Source: Thermotogota bacterium (lineage in GTDB: Bacteria > Bipolaricaulota > Bipolaricaulia > UBA7950 > UBA9294). Taken from it: a stretch of DNA of 57,932 nucleotides. A program made the position numbers and the translations under genes. Location: the NCBI GenBank assembly GCA_039679545.1, contig JBDKUT010000008.1, forward strand, positions 1 through 57,932, written 5' to 3'. Shown here one piece after another: positions 9,688 through 17,548 of this stretch. The stretch's first letter is position 1; every line of letters starts with the position of its first letter. The notes under the pieces are model-generated. The model was not told the origin of the DNA, did not search any database, and saw nothing but the letters and a program-made list of their open reading frames with translations.

Positions 9688-12228
9688 TCAGTTCAGCTTG
9701 AGACTCAACACTTCCGACGCACCATGCTTGATTGTCACGCCGTAGGCCCGATCCGCATGACGAACTGTTTCCTCGTTGTGGGAGACAACGATCACCTGGA
9801 TCCGCTTCGCGTACTGCTGCAGCATCCGGGCGAGGCGACTCGCGTTCATGAGGTCCAGCGCGGCATCGATCTCGTCGAGGATGAAGAACGGGGCGTTCTG
9901 GTGCTCCTGGATGGCGAAGACGAACGCCGTCGCGACGAGGGTCTGCTCGCCTCCCGACAGCGCATCCAAGACGTGCGGTTCCTTGTCGGGCGGGTGCGCC
10001 TTAATCAAGAGGCCGGACGAAATGTCACCGGGGACCTCGAGTTCGAGCGTGCCGCTCCCGCCCTCGAACAGCTCACGGAACAAACGGTCGAATTGAATCC
10101 CGACCGCCGTCAGGGTCTCAAGAAATCGCTCGCGCTTTCGTTCCTCAATCTCGCCGATCAAACGCTCGATCTCGCGCTTCTCTTGCTCGAGGGCGTCAAC
10201 ACGTTCCCGGAACTGGTTGAACTCCGCTTCGTACGCGGCGTACTCGTCGATCGCGCGCATGTTGATCGGCTCGAGGTGTTTGAGCTGGCGTCGGTTCTGC
10301 TCGACGCGCCGCTCGAGTTCCCGAAGGGGAGCGTCGACGTAGTAGTCCGCTGGCCGCTTCTCCTCCTCGCCGAGCGTCTCAAGCTCCGTCTGGGCTTCCG
10401 CTTCCTGCCTCTCGTAGCGGGTCATCGCCCGGCGCAGGTTCTCCAGACCCTGGTACGTCTCGCGGCGCTTCTCGCGCAGGTCGCGGAGCTTGTCGCTCCG
10501 GTCGGAGGCCTCACCCTTGGCGCGCGACTTCGTCTCCTGGGCCGCGGCGGCCTCCTGTTCCTTCGCCTCGAGCCGGGACGCGAGCTCCGCCAACTCTTCC
10601 TCGAGCTTCTCGGCGTCCTTGCGAAGCTTGGCGATGTGCTGTCGCCGCTCGGCGACGTCGAACCCGCCATCCTTCGGCTTCGCGGCGGGCTCGGCCTTCG
10701 CGCCGGGCGTCGGCCTCCATCCTCCGGAGAGCGCTCCGCCTTTGCTCTGCATGTCGCCGTCCTGGGTCACGACGCGGACGCCGTCGATCGTCTTGACGGA
10801 CTCGAGGTTTTCCGCGACGACGGTGTCCGAGAGGACGTACTCGAAGGCGCGGCGGTACTTCTCGTCGAACGTCACGAGGTTGAGCGCGTAGTCGATGACC
10901 CCGGGAAGCTTGAGCGCTTCCGCGGAGGCGAGGCTCTTCCGGACCGTGACCAGTCGGCGGAGCGGCAGGATGCGCGCCCGTCCGAGTCGCTTCTCTTTCA
11001 AGTAGTTGATGCAATCGATGGCCGTCTCGCGGGAGTCGACGACGAGGTCTCCCAGGCTTCCGCCCGCCGCCGTCTCGAACGCAACTTCGAATCCGGCCTT
11101 GGGGGAGGCGAGGGACGCGACCGTTCCGTACACGCCCCCGTACTTCCGCTCGATGAGCGCATCCACCGCCGGGTTGACGCGGGCGGACACGGTCCCGTCG
11201 GCGGCCTTCGCGGGCGCCGCGGCGCGCATCCGGGAAATCTCGTCGATCATCTCCTGGATGTTGTGAATCTGCTGGCGCTTGAAGTTCAGCTCGCCTTGCT
11301 TGTGGAGCATCTCCGACCGCACCCGCTCCACGTCCTTGATCATCGCGATCTGCGTGTCGCCTGCGAGGTCCTCGCGCATCCCTTCGAGTTCCCACTCCTT
11401 GTTCTCGATCTCCGCGTCGAGTTGCGCAACCTCCTTCTCATGCTGCGCGATGCGCTCGTCCATTCCTTGGCGTTCCGTCACGGCCTGCTTGAGCTTGTCG
11501 GCGATGCGCTGCCGTTCAAGGTGGCGGATCGAGTGGTCCAAGCGCTCTTGTTCCTGCATCAGGTTCTGGTACTCAAGGGCCGCGTCGCGCTCCTTCTGGA
11601 GCGCGACCAGCCGTCGCCGCCGCTCGGCGAGGATCACGCGATGGGTATTGAGCTTCGTCTTGACGTCTTTCAGCTCAAGGATGGCTTTGTTGCGTTTCTC
11701 GTCGTAGGAGGCGATGCCGCTGACTTCGTCGAGGATCTCGCGACGGCGAAGCGGCGTGCGGCGCACGATCTCCGTCACGCGTCCCTGTGCGATCAGTTGC
11801 TGGCCGTCGGGATCGATTCTCGCGGCTTCAAGCACCTCATCGATCGTGGTCCGCGGGCAGCTCTTCCCCATGAACGTGTAGGTCGACGACTTCCGCGTGA
11901 TGCGGCGGCCGAGCGCGATCTCCGGGAGCTTCGCTCCCGGGTCGATGAAGCGGTTGAAGACGCCGTCCTCGTTGTCGAGGAAGAGGGTAACCTCGGCCGA
12001 ATCCGCGGGGTCGAATCGTTCTCCACCGTTGAAGATCAGGTGCTCGAGCCGGTCGGCGCGGAGTTGGGACGAGCGCCGTCCCATGACGAAGCTGATGGCG
12101 TCAAAGAGGTTCGACTTCCCCGAGCCGTTCTCCCCGACGATGGCCGTCATCCCTTCGAAGAAAGGAAGCTCGGTCCTCTTGCGGAACGACTTGAACCCCG
12201 CGACCTCCACTCGGTTGATCTTCGTCAT
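9688..12228 (-). CDS. smc: SMC ATPase with hinge and short coiled-coil arms (846 aa)
   Basis: GFKSF, GENGSGKSN, IAQG, hinge GVYGTV...GRARILPL, LSGGE, FILDEIDAALD, VSH. Confidence 0.93.
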   Translation of the reverse strand: MTKINRVEVAGFKSFRKRTELPFFEGMTAIVGENGSGKSNLFDAISFVMGRRSSQLRADRLEHLIFNGGERFDPADSAEVTLFLDNEDGVFNRFIDPGAKLPEIALGRRITRKSSTYTFMGKSCPRTTIDEVLEAARIDPDGQQLIAQGRVTEIVRRTPLRRREILDEVSGIASYDEKRNKAILELKDVKTKLNTHRVILAERRRRLVALQKERDAALEYQNLMQEQERLDHSIRHLERQRIADKLKQAVTERQGMDERIAQHEKEVAQLDAEIENKEWELEGMREDLAGDTQIAMIKDVERVRSEMLHKQGELNFKRQQIHNIQEMIDEISRMRAAAPAKAADGTVSARVNPAVDALIERKYGGVYGTVASLASPKAGFEVAFETAAGGSLGDLVVDSRETAIDCINYLKEKRLGRARILPLRRLVTVRKSLASAEALKLPGVIDYALNLVTFDEKYRRAFEYVLSDTVVAENLESVKTIDGVRVVTQDGDMQSKGGALSGGWRPTPGAKAEPAAKPKDGGFDVAERRQHIAKLRKDAEKLEEELAELASRLEAKEQEAAAAQETKSRAKGEASDRSDKLRDLREKRRETYQGLENLRRAMTRYERQEAEAQTELETLGEEEKRPADYYVDAPLRELERRVEQNRRQLKHLEPINMRAIDEYAAYEAEFNQFRERVDALEQEKREIERLIGEIEERKRERFLETLTAVGIQFDRLFRELFEGGSGTLELEVPGDISSGLLIKAHPPDKEPHVLDALSGGEQTLVATAFVFAIQEHQNAPFFILDEIDAALDLMNASRLARMLQQYAKRIQVIVVSHNEETVRHADRAYGVTIKHGASEVLSLKLN

Positions 12229-12229
12229 G

Positions 12230-12493
12230 TCACGTTTCCGAGAGAGTACTGGGGACTCGCTCCGGGAACAGGCTCAGTTGGATGATGGCTCCGCGGGCAG
12301 GAGGACATGCGGGAGCCTCCAAGCCGACGAGCAGTTGGTCGATCTTGAATCGGTTGTAGTCGTTCGGTTCGGAGATCCCTCCCTCCCATCGAATGATCGA
12401 CGGGGTCGAGACTCCGAGGCGCTGAGCGGTCGCCCGCTTGCTTAGCCCGTTCTCGAGTCGAAAAACCTGAAGTCGCTTCCCAAGTTCATCCAC
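12230..12493 (-). CDS. XRE-family HTH protein with C-terminal QLSLF motif
   Basis: LSKRATAQRLGVSTPSIIRWEGG HTH; stop lies 1 nt before the smc ATG. Confidence 0.85.
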   Translation of the reverse strand: MDELGKRLQVFRLENGLSKRATAQRLGVSTPSIIRWEGGISEPNDYNRFKIDQLLVGLEAPACPPARGAIIQLSLFPERVPSTLSET

Positions 12494-12522
12494 CCTGGAG
12501 GCCCCCCTCCGACCACCGTACC

Positions 12523-12551
12523 AATATAACTTTTGTTACACCCGGCTGCAA
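12523..12551 (-). promoter_or_regulatory. Promoter of the HTH-smc-scpAB operon (TTGCAG-17-TATATT) with a TAAC-N4-GTTA palindrome
   Basis: Seen on minus strand; taacttttgtta overlaps the spacer and -10. Confidence 0.55.
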
Positions 12552-12557
12552 AAAGAT

Positions 12558-12584
12558 CGAGAGGGGCAGTCCATGCCCCTCTCG
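12558..12584 (-). terminator. Rho-independent terminator of the coiled-coil gene
   Basis: cgagaggggca-gtcca-tgcccctctcg followed by a T-run on the minus strand. Confidence 0.75.
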
Positions 12585-12613
12585 GAGAACCGTATCCCCT
12601 CACCTGAAGCTTG

Positions 12614-13690
12614 TTACTTCGTTCCGACGAACCCCCAGATCAGGGAGCCGACGCCCGCGAGCAACGCGACGATCGAGATGAAGTACAGCGTGCTGATGTC
12701 ACTCGCCGTCTTGGTGTCGTTCTCCTCCAGGGCCTGGATCCGAGCGTCGTACTCGGCGAGCAGTTGCTCGTTCGCCTTCATGATGCCCTCTTTGGTGGTG
12801 GCCATCTCCGCGGAGAGGCTGGCGATCGCTTGGTCGAAGCCTTCGAGCTTGGCTCGGTTGTTATCGACCTTGATCGCAAGGGCGGCCATGGATCGTTCGA
12901 GCTCGATAACCTTCTTCTTGAACGTGCCGACGTCCTCATCCTCGAGGGCCTGGACGCGCATCGCCAACTCGGCGTACTGGGACTCGAGCATCGTGATGTC
13001 CGAGCTGAACGTCTGCTCCATGGTCTGGAGATCTCCGTAGAACATGTTGCGGAGGCCGTCGATGTTGCCGTAGACATCAGCCTTGAAGCCGTCCAGTGCG
13101 CCGTAGAGGTCGGTCTTCAGGCTCTCGAAGTCGCCGTAGATTCCGGTGCGCAGGGCTTCGAGTTGCGCGAGGATGTCGGCCTTGAACGCCGCGAACTCGT
13201 TGACGTGCGCGCCGAAGGCGGCCGCTAGGGCATCCGCATCCGCACGCAGAGTCGTGAGATCGGCGCCCTGAGTGTCTAGACGGGCCTTCATCTCATCGCA
13301 GAACGCGGCTAGCTCAGACAAGCCGGCCTCAAGCGCGACGATTCGGGCACTCTGCTCTTGAGCGCGCGCTCCGAGGGCATCGACGTCCGTGCGGAGTCCG
13401 ACGAGCTTTCCTTCTGCGGACTTCAGCTCAAGGGAGACCGCCGAGACGATGTCCTTCAAGTCCTTGACCTTGGCCGAGACGTCGTCGAGGCCGGACATGT
13501 TCCCCTTGACCTCGGTGATCAGCTCAGCCATCACGCTCTGGACGCTGCCGAAGGCGGCTTCCATGGCCGTGAGTTCCTGTTCCAGTAGTGCCGGGACCGC
13601 CGTGGTGGTAGCTTCCTGCGCGTAGCCGACGAACAGGAGAGCGAGGAGCGTCAGGGCGGTCATCGTTGCGACAGAAAGCGCTCTCTTCAT
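12614..13690 (-). CDS. Exported long coiled-coil protein with C-terminal TM anchor (Omp-alpha-like architecture)
   Basis: Signal peptide MKRALS...GYA, heptad and 11-mer repeats, C-terminal LYFISIVALLAGVGSLIWGF. Confidence 0.8.
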   Translation of the reverse strand: MKRALSVATMTALTLLALLFVGYAQEATTTAVPALLEQELTAMEAAFGSVQSVMAELITEVKGNMSGLDDVSAKVKDLKDIVSAVSLELKSAEGKLVGLRTDVDALGARAQEQSARIVALEAGLSELAAFCDEMKARLDTQGADLTTLRADADALAAAFGAHVNEFAAFKADILAQLEALRTGIYGDFESLKTDLYGALDGFKADVYGNIDGLRNMFYGDLQTMEQTFSSDITMLESQYAELAMRVQALEDEDVGTFKKKVIELERSMAALAIKVDNNRAKLEGFDQAIASLSAEMATTKEGIMKANEQLLAEYDARIQALEENDTKTASDISTLYFISIVALLAGVGSLIWGFVGTK

Positions 13691-13814
13691 CTTCTTCCTC
13701 CTTAGTGCGTCAGAAGATTCCGACTGAGCGTAGCGGGGATCGCAGTTTCCGAACGGGACCGGCGCGCTCGACATGTTGGCGCTTTGTCAGTCGGGAGCCG
13801 GACACCTGTCCTGC

Positions 13815-13955
13815 TTATCCCTTTAGGGCAGCGGGGATGTACTTGAGTTCGCATCCGGCGAACCGAATCTGTACGCCCAAGCCGCCTTCACAGTCGCAGA
13901 CCTTTCCAACTTCCAGGAGCAGAGACATCAAGACGTCAACGCGAGTAGTCGCCAT
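13815..13955 (-). CDS. Small 46-aa hypothetical protein ending inside the left TIR
   Basis: GAGGAGG RBS; MATTRVDVLMSLLLEVGKVCDCEGGLG...PAALKG. Confidence 0.45.
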   Translation of the reverse strand: MATTRVDVLMSLLLEVGKVCDCEGGLGVQIRFAGCELKYIPAALKG

Positions 13956-14018
13956 GTTCCTCCTCATCATTGTCCCGACCTCGCGCCTCGCATAGACTAT
14001 GATGCGAGGTGGGATCTC

Positions 14019-14354
14019 ATGTCATTTGGTTTTGAGATTCGTGGGCTGGACGAGGTAAAGAAGCGCATTGATGACCTCGCCAAGGCAGCAGGCAAGCTTG
14101 AAGGCGAGCACGCGGTCAAGTTTGATGACCTGTTCACGCCAGCGTTTATGCGAAAGTACACGCGCCTTCAAACCATCGACGAGTTCGTGAAGGCGACGGG
14201 GTACAAGGCGGATACTCAGGCTGACTTCGACGCGATTCCCATTACGGCGCTCGATTCATTCGTCCGCGCTCGAACCCAGTTCAAGGACTGGGAAGACATG
14301 CTGGGAAAGGCGGTAGAGGAGTACACCGCCAGGGAATTGGGGTTCGATACCTAG
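14019..14354 (+). CDS. Hypothetical passenger protein (111 aa)
   Basis: GAGG RBS, coding-like composition; no recognised function. Confidence 0.75.
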   Translation: MSFGFEIRGLDEVKKRIDDLAKAAGKLEGEHAVKFDDLFTPAFMRKYTRLQTIDEFVKATGYKADTQADFDAIPITALDSFVRARTQFKDWEDMLGKAVEEYTARELGFDT

Positions 14355-14509
14355 TCCTCCTTCCCGAGCCTCTCGCGCAACGCCTCTCGAATGATCTCCG
14401 ACTCGCTCTGCCCCGTCTTCTGCGCCTCGTCCTTGATGGCTTGAAGTAGGCTTACAGGGCACATGAACACCTTCTGCGCCAGGATCTCACCCTCTCGCTT
14501 TCTCGGCAT
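14351..14509 (-). CDS. Ribbon-helix-helix (CopG-like) protein
   Basis: QKVFMCPVSLLQAIKDEA..TGQSESEIIREALRE; own promoter TTGACC-17-TAGAAT at ~14526-14554. Confidence 0.8.
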   Translation of the reverse strand: MPRKREGEILAQKVFMCPVSLLQAIKDEAQKTGQSESEIIREALRERLGKED

Positions 14510-14628
14510 GGCTACCACCGAGACGATTCTATAACTAACGCAGTAGGCGGTCAACTCTTTGCCCTCCGCTGACCTTCTATGCTAGGATCTTCACCTATGA
14601 CGATGCTCTCGTTGGACGGGGAGGAGAA

Positions 14629-14964
14629 GTGAACATGGAGAGGATGTGGGGTATCAAGGCTGGCTGCAAGCACTACGAATGCCGGCACCAATTCGTCGTG
14701 GATCGCGGTGGAGATAGAAGCGGTCTCTTCCGTACTGAAGAAGAGGCCATTGTCGCGTTGCGAGAAGAGAAGGTGCGGGATTGGCTAACCCTCGCGGGAG
14801 TCGTTCAGGGCGCAATGGGGAACATGGTTGGGAAGATGCCAGCCGCACGGGAGACTCCATCGCGAGTGTTGAAGTGCCCGACGTGCGGAAGATCAGCCAT
14901 ATTCACTGCTGAGGAGCTGTACGTCGAGTTCACGTCAGACTTCTTCCACGGGATCGAGCCCTAG
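14629..14964 (+). CDS. Hypothetical Zn-ribbon protein
   Basis: CKHYEC and CPTCG; GGAGGAG RBS. Confidence 0.6.
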   Translation: MNMERMWGIKAGCKHYECRHQFVVDRGGDRSGLFRTEEEAIVALREEKVRDWLTLAGVVQGAMGNMVGKMPAARETPSRVLKCPTCGRSAIFTAEELYVEFTSDFFHGIEP

Positions 14965-15059
14965 CAGTTGCCGGATGTAGTTCTCCAAAGCGTCGCGTTT
15001 TGCGGCGCCATCGCCATCTAGCCCCGTATCGCCTTCTTTAGCACGCATCCGAGATCTCC

Positions 15060-15088
15060 TTGACTCGTTGGTTAGTGATGTATATAAT
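15060..15088 (+). promoter_or_regulatory. Near-consensus sigma70 promoter of the transposase
   Basis: TTGACT-17-TATAAT. Confidence 0.75.
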
Positions 15089-15106
15089 GCTTCCGAGGTG
15101 ACACGA

Positions 15107-15967
15107 ATGGACAAGATCACAAGCCTCGTCGCAGCTCGAAAGCGGTTCGCTACGCAAGACGCGTGTGAGAAGTACCTGACCGAAACCCGCTGGCCTGACG
15201 GCGTGACTTGTCCTCGCTGTGGCTCGAAGCACGTCACCTACATGGCTTCGCGCCACCAGTGGCAATGCGAGTGCCGCTACCAGTTCAGCGTTACGAGCGG
15301 CACCGTCTTCCACAAGACGCACATTGACCTTCCCCGTTGGCTCATGGCGACCTGGCTCGTCTGCCACTCTCCGAAGGGCGTTTCCTCCAAGCAGATCCAG
15401 CGCGAGCTAGGATGCACCTACAAAACTGCTTGGTACATGACGCGCCGTATACGGCTCGCCATCCAGAAGAACCTCGTCGGGATGCGGATTGAGGGCCGCG
15501 TAGAGATCGACGAAGCCGTAATCAAAGCGGACGGCGGAAAGGCCACGGGGAACATCAAGTACGGCGCGAAGGACGTTCTCGGCATGGTGTCGCGCACCTA
15601 CGGCACTCTGCGCATGTTCGTTCTCGAACAGCTTACGAAAGCGGAGATCGAGCGCGTCTGCGCCACGAATCTCGGCAAGGTAAAGGCGTTCTACACCGAC
15701 GCGGCGCAGCGGTTCGACTTCCTGAGAGCGCGCGCCCCTCGCTACAGCGTCACCCACGGATGGTACGGGCACAGCGAGTTCGCGCGGGGAAACGTCCACG
15801 TGAACCGAGTCGAGAACGCCTGGGGCCTCTTCAAGCGCGGATTGATGGGCGTCTACCATCACGTCAACGCCAAGTACCTACAAGAGTACCTCGATGAGTT
15901 CGCTTTCCGGCAGTCGAACCTTGGCAACCAAGAGGCGCTAGTCAGGCTCGTACTGGCGAGTTGCTAA
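15107..15967 (+). CDS. IS1595-family (ISXO2-like) DDE transposase
   Basis: RWPDGVTCPRCG...CECRYQFSVTSGTVFH zinc ribbon, HTH, VEIDE, YTD, HVNRVENAW, YLDEFAFR. Confidence 0.95.
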   Translation: MDKITSLVAARKRFATQDACEKYLTETRWPDGVTCPRCGSKHVTYMASRHQWQCECRYQFSVTSGTVFHKTHIDLPRWLMATWLVCHSPKGVSSKQIQRELGCTYKTAWYMTRRIRLAIQKNLVGMRIEGRVEIDEAVIKADGGKATGNIKYGAKDVLGMVSRTYGTLRMFVLEQLTKAEIERVCATNLGKVKAFYTDAAQRFDFLRARAPRYSVTHGWYGHSEFARGNVHVNRVENAWGLFKRGLMGVYHHVNAKYLQEYLDEFAFRQSNLGNQEALVRLVLASC

Positions 15968-16662
15968 TTCGGCTCGTGGATCTCCATTCCCTCGTCGGGT
16001 ATGAGCGTCCATATGTAGCGTGCAGAACACTTGTCTGGAGCGCACCTGGCGCATTCGGAGAAGATCGTTCGCAGGGCTTCATCTAGGGAGCATTCCTGCC
16101 CGCTGAGTAGCGACGGCGCGCGCTGGCGAAGTTCGTCGGTTGCACCGGGGGAGTTGAGCGCCACATCTCCCGGCCAGTAGAAGGCGGGCTTCGTATGATC
16201 CTTGTCGATCACGGCAACGCGCGGACCTGCTCCCGAATGCTCGTCTGCATCGAAGAGTCCACCAACCAGGAAGCCAGCCTCAAATGGATTCTTCTCCTGG
16301 GTTTCCTTGGGCCGTTTCTCAGCCAGTCTGCGAAAACCTTCGCGCAGCGAGGCAATCGCCTCAACTATCCAGTTGGGGGTTGACTGATCGAGACTGTGTG
16401 GATGGTTGTCCCTGATCCGCCTCTCGATGTTAAAGGTTCCAAGCTCCTCCGGTCCTGGGAGCCACTTTTCAACGTCGAACAAGCGGGCAAGGATCTGGTT
16501 CGTGAAGGCGAGGGAACCGTTCGACGCAATAGCGCACCGCTCGTTTGCGCATGCAATCTTCAGTTGGTCGGCGTCCACTATCCCGCCGCCCTTCTTGGAG
16601 CCAGCCCTATCTGCGACAACCAGCACGGATGCATCAGTGGCGAATCCCAGTAGAGTTGTCAT
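15964..16662 (-). CDS. Proteasome-beta/HslV-like Ntn-hydrolase (candidate)
   Basis: From ATG 16662: (M)TTLLGFATDASVLVVADR...LKI...IASNG, giving T1, D17, K34, G48. Confidence 0.6.
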   Translation of the reverse strand: MTTLLGFATDASVLVVADRAGSKKGGGIVDADQLKIACANERCAIASNGSLAFTNQILARLFDVEKWLPGPEELGTFNIERRIRDNHPHSLDQSTPNWIVEAIASLREGFRRLAEKRPKETQEKNPFEAGFLVGGLFDADEHSGAGPRVAVIDKDHTKPAFYWPGDVALNSPGATDELRQRAPSLLSGQECSLDEALRTIFSECARCAPDKCSARYIWTLIPDEGMEIHEPN

Positions 16663-16956
16663 CCTATCCGGCGTGATTCTGCTCCCAATATGGATTATGT
16701 GCCAAGGGCCATAGTGTCTGAAGAAGGCCGCATTGATATCATAGTCCAGGATGGGCTCCCAGGGTGAATCCCATGGCGGCAGGTCGATGCCCCCCTGCCG
16801 CTGCACAGGGATGGATCTCGAATCTAACGACCTACTCCCGTCTATCAGTGTTATCTAGCCGGTTGTTCCGGCCTGCCAATTGGAGCCCGCGACCGCTTCA
16901 CAGCAAACGGACATCAATCCGGCTTGCTGTAGTAACGGGATAAGCGAGACACCTGT

Positions 16957-17418
16957 CCGGCTTATCCCGTTAGGGCAGCCGGATGTGCCTCTCTCTGCGC
17001 ATACTTGGCACAGACTTGAGTCCGGCGGGGAAGCCGCCTCGCGGCCGAAACTCGATACAGAAACGGAGAAGCAAACAGCGGCGCTGGATGAGCGCTATGC
17101 GAGGATGAAGAGGCTTGAGCCGTCCGCAATGACGCTGCGGGACTTGTACCAGGCAAGTTGGGAGGCAGAGGTGACCCTCAGGATGGACCTTTCACAACAC
17201 GTACAGAGGTTCATCTCCGCTCACAATGCGGTCACAATGGCAGTAGAGAAGCGGTACTTGATGTCTGAGGGGCTACAGGCATCGCAAGAGGAGTTCAAGG
17301 ACATGCTGACCACGATCTATGGCCCTCCCATGCCAGATGATCAGCTATCGAAACGCCTCCGCGAAGCGCAGACGCATCTGGACGAGGCACTCAAGAGGCA
17401 CATCTGAGGCACATCTGT
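16957..17418. mobile_element. Second IS1595-type left end plus captured gene fragment (truncated element)
   Basis: ccggcttatcccgttagggcagccggatgt closely resembles the first left end; no right TIR found. Confidence 0.55.
17045..17407 (+). pseudogene. Helical protein fragment, probably 5'-truncated
   Basis: Coding-like 3' part of ORF 16880-17407; its 5' part runs across the TIR/TSD junction. Confidence 0.4.
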
Positions 17419-17548
17419 TGCTCTAGAACTCAGGTGACCCGTGCACGTGGATCGCCCCCGCGAACTACAACGACCTGGCCGAAGTGGCGCACACCGCCCA
17501 GGGGAACATGGCGCTCCGCTTCCGCGTCGCATTCCAAGACGCGGGATC

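Larger units (their letters stand above)
13810..16948. mobile_element. IS1595-family transporter element with passenger genes
   Basis: Left TIR cctgcttatccctttagggcagc; right TIR (reverse complement) ctcgcttatcccgttactacagc; ACACCTGT at 13802-13809 and 16949-16956 as 8-bp TSD; internal transposase. Confidence 0.85.

Noticed and set aside
9688-12228. Wadjet/MksBEF or SbcC interpretation of the short SMC
   Set aside because: Canonical SMC hinge and ScpA/ScpB partners; no JetD/MksG or SbcD nuclease adjacent
9577-12285. 902-aa plus-strand ORF and similar long antisense ORFs (e.g. 2300-4195, 47165-48841)
   Set aside because: Shadow frames of high-GC genes on the opposite strand, with no motifs
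15071-15092. TIR-like motif overlapping the transposase promoter as an element end
   Set aside because: No matching partner or TSD; the ends at 13810 and 16948 are better supported. At most an autoregulatory site
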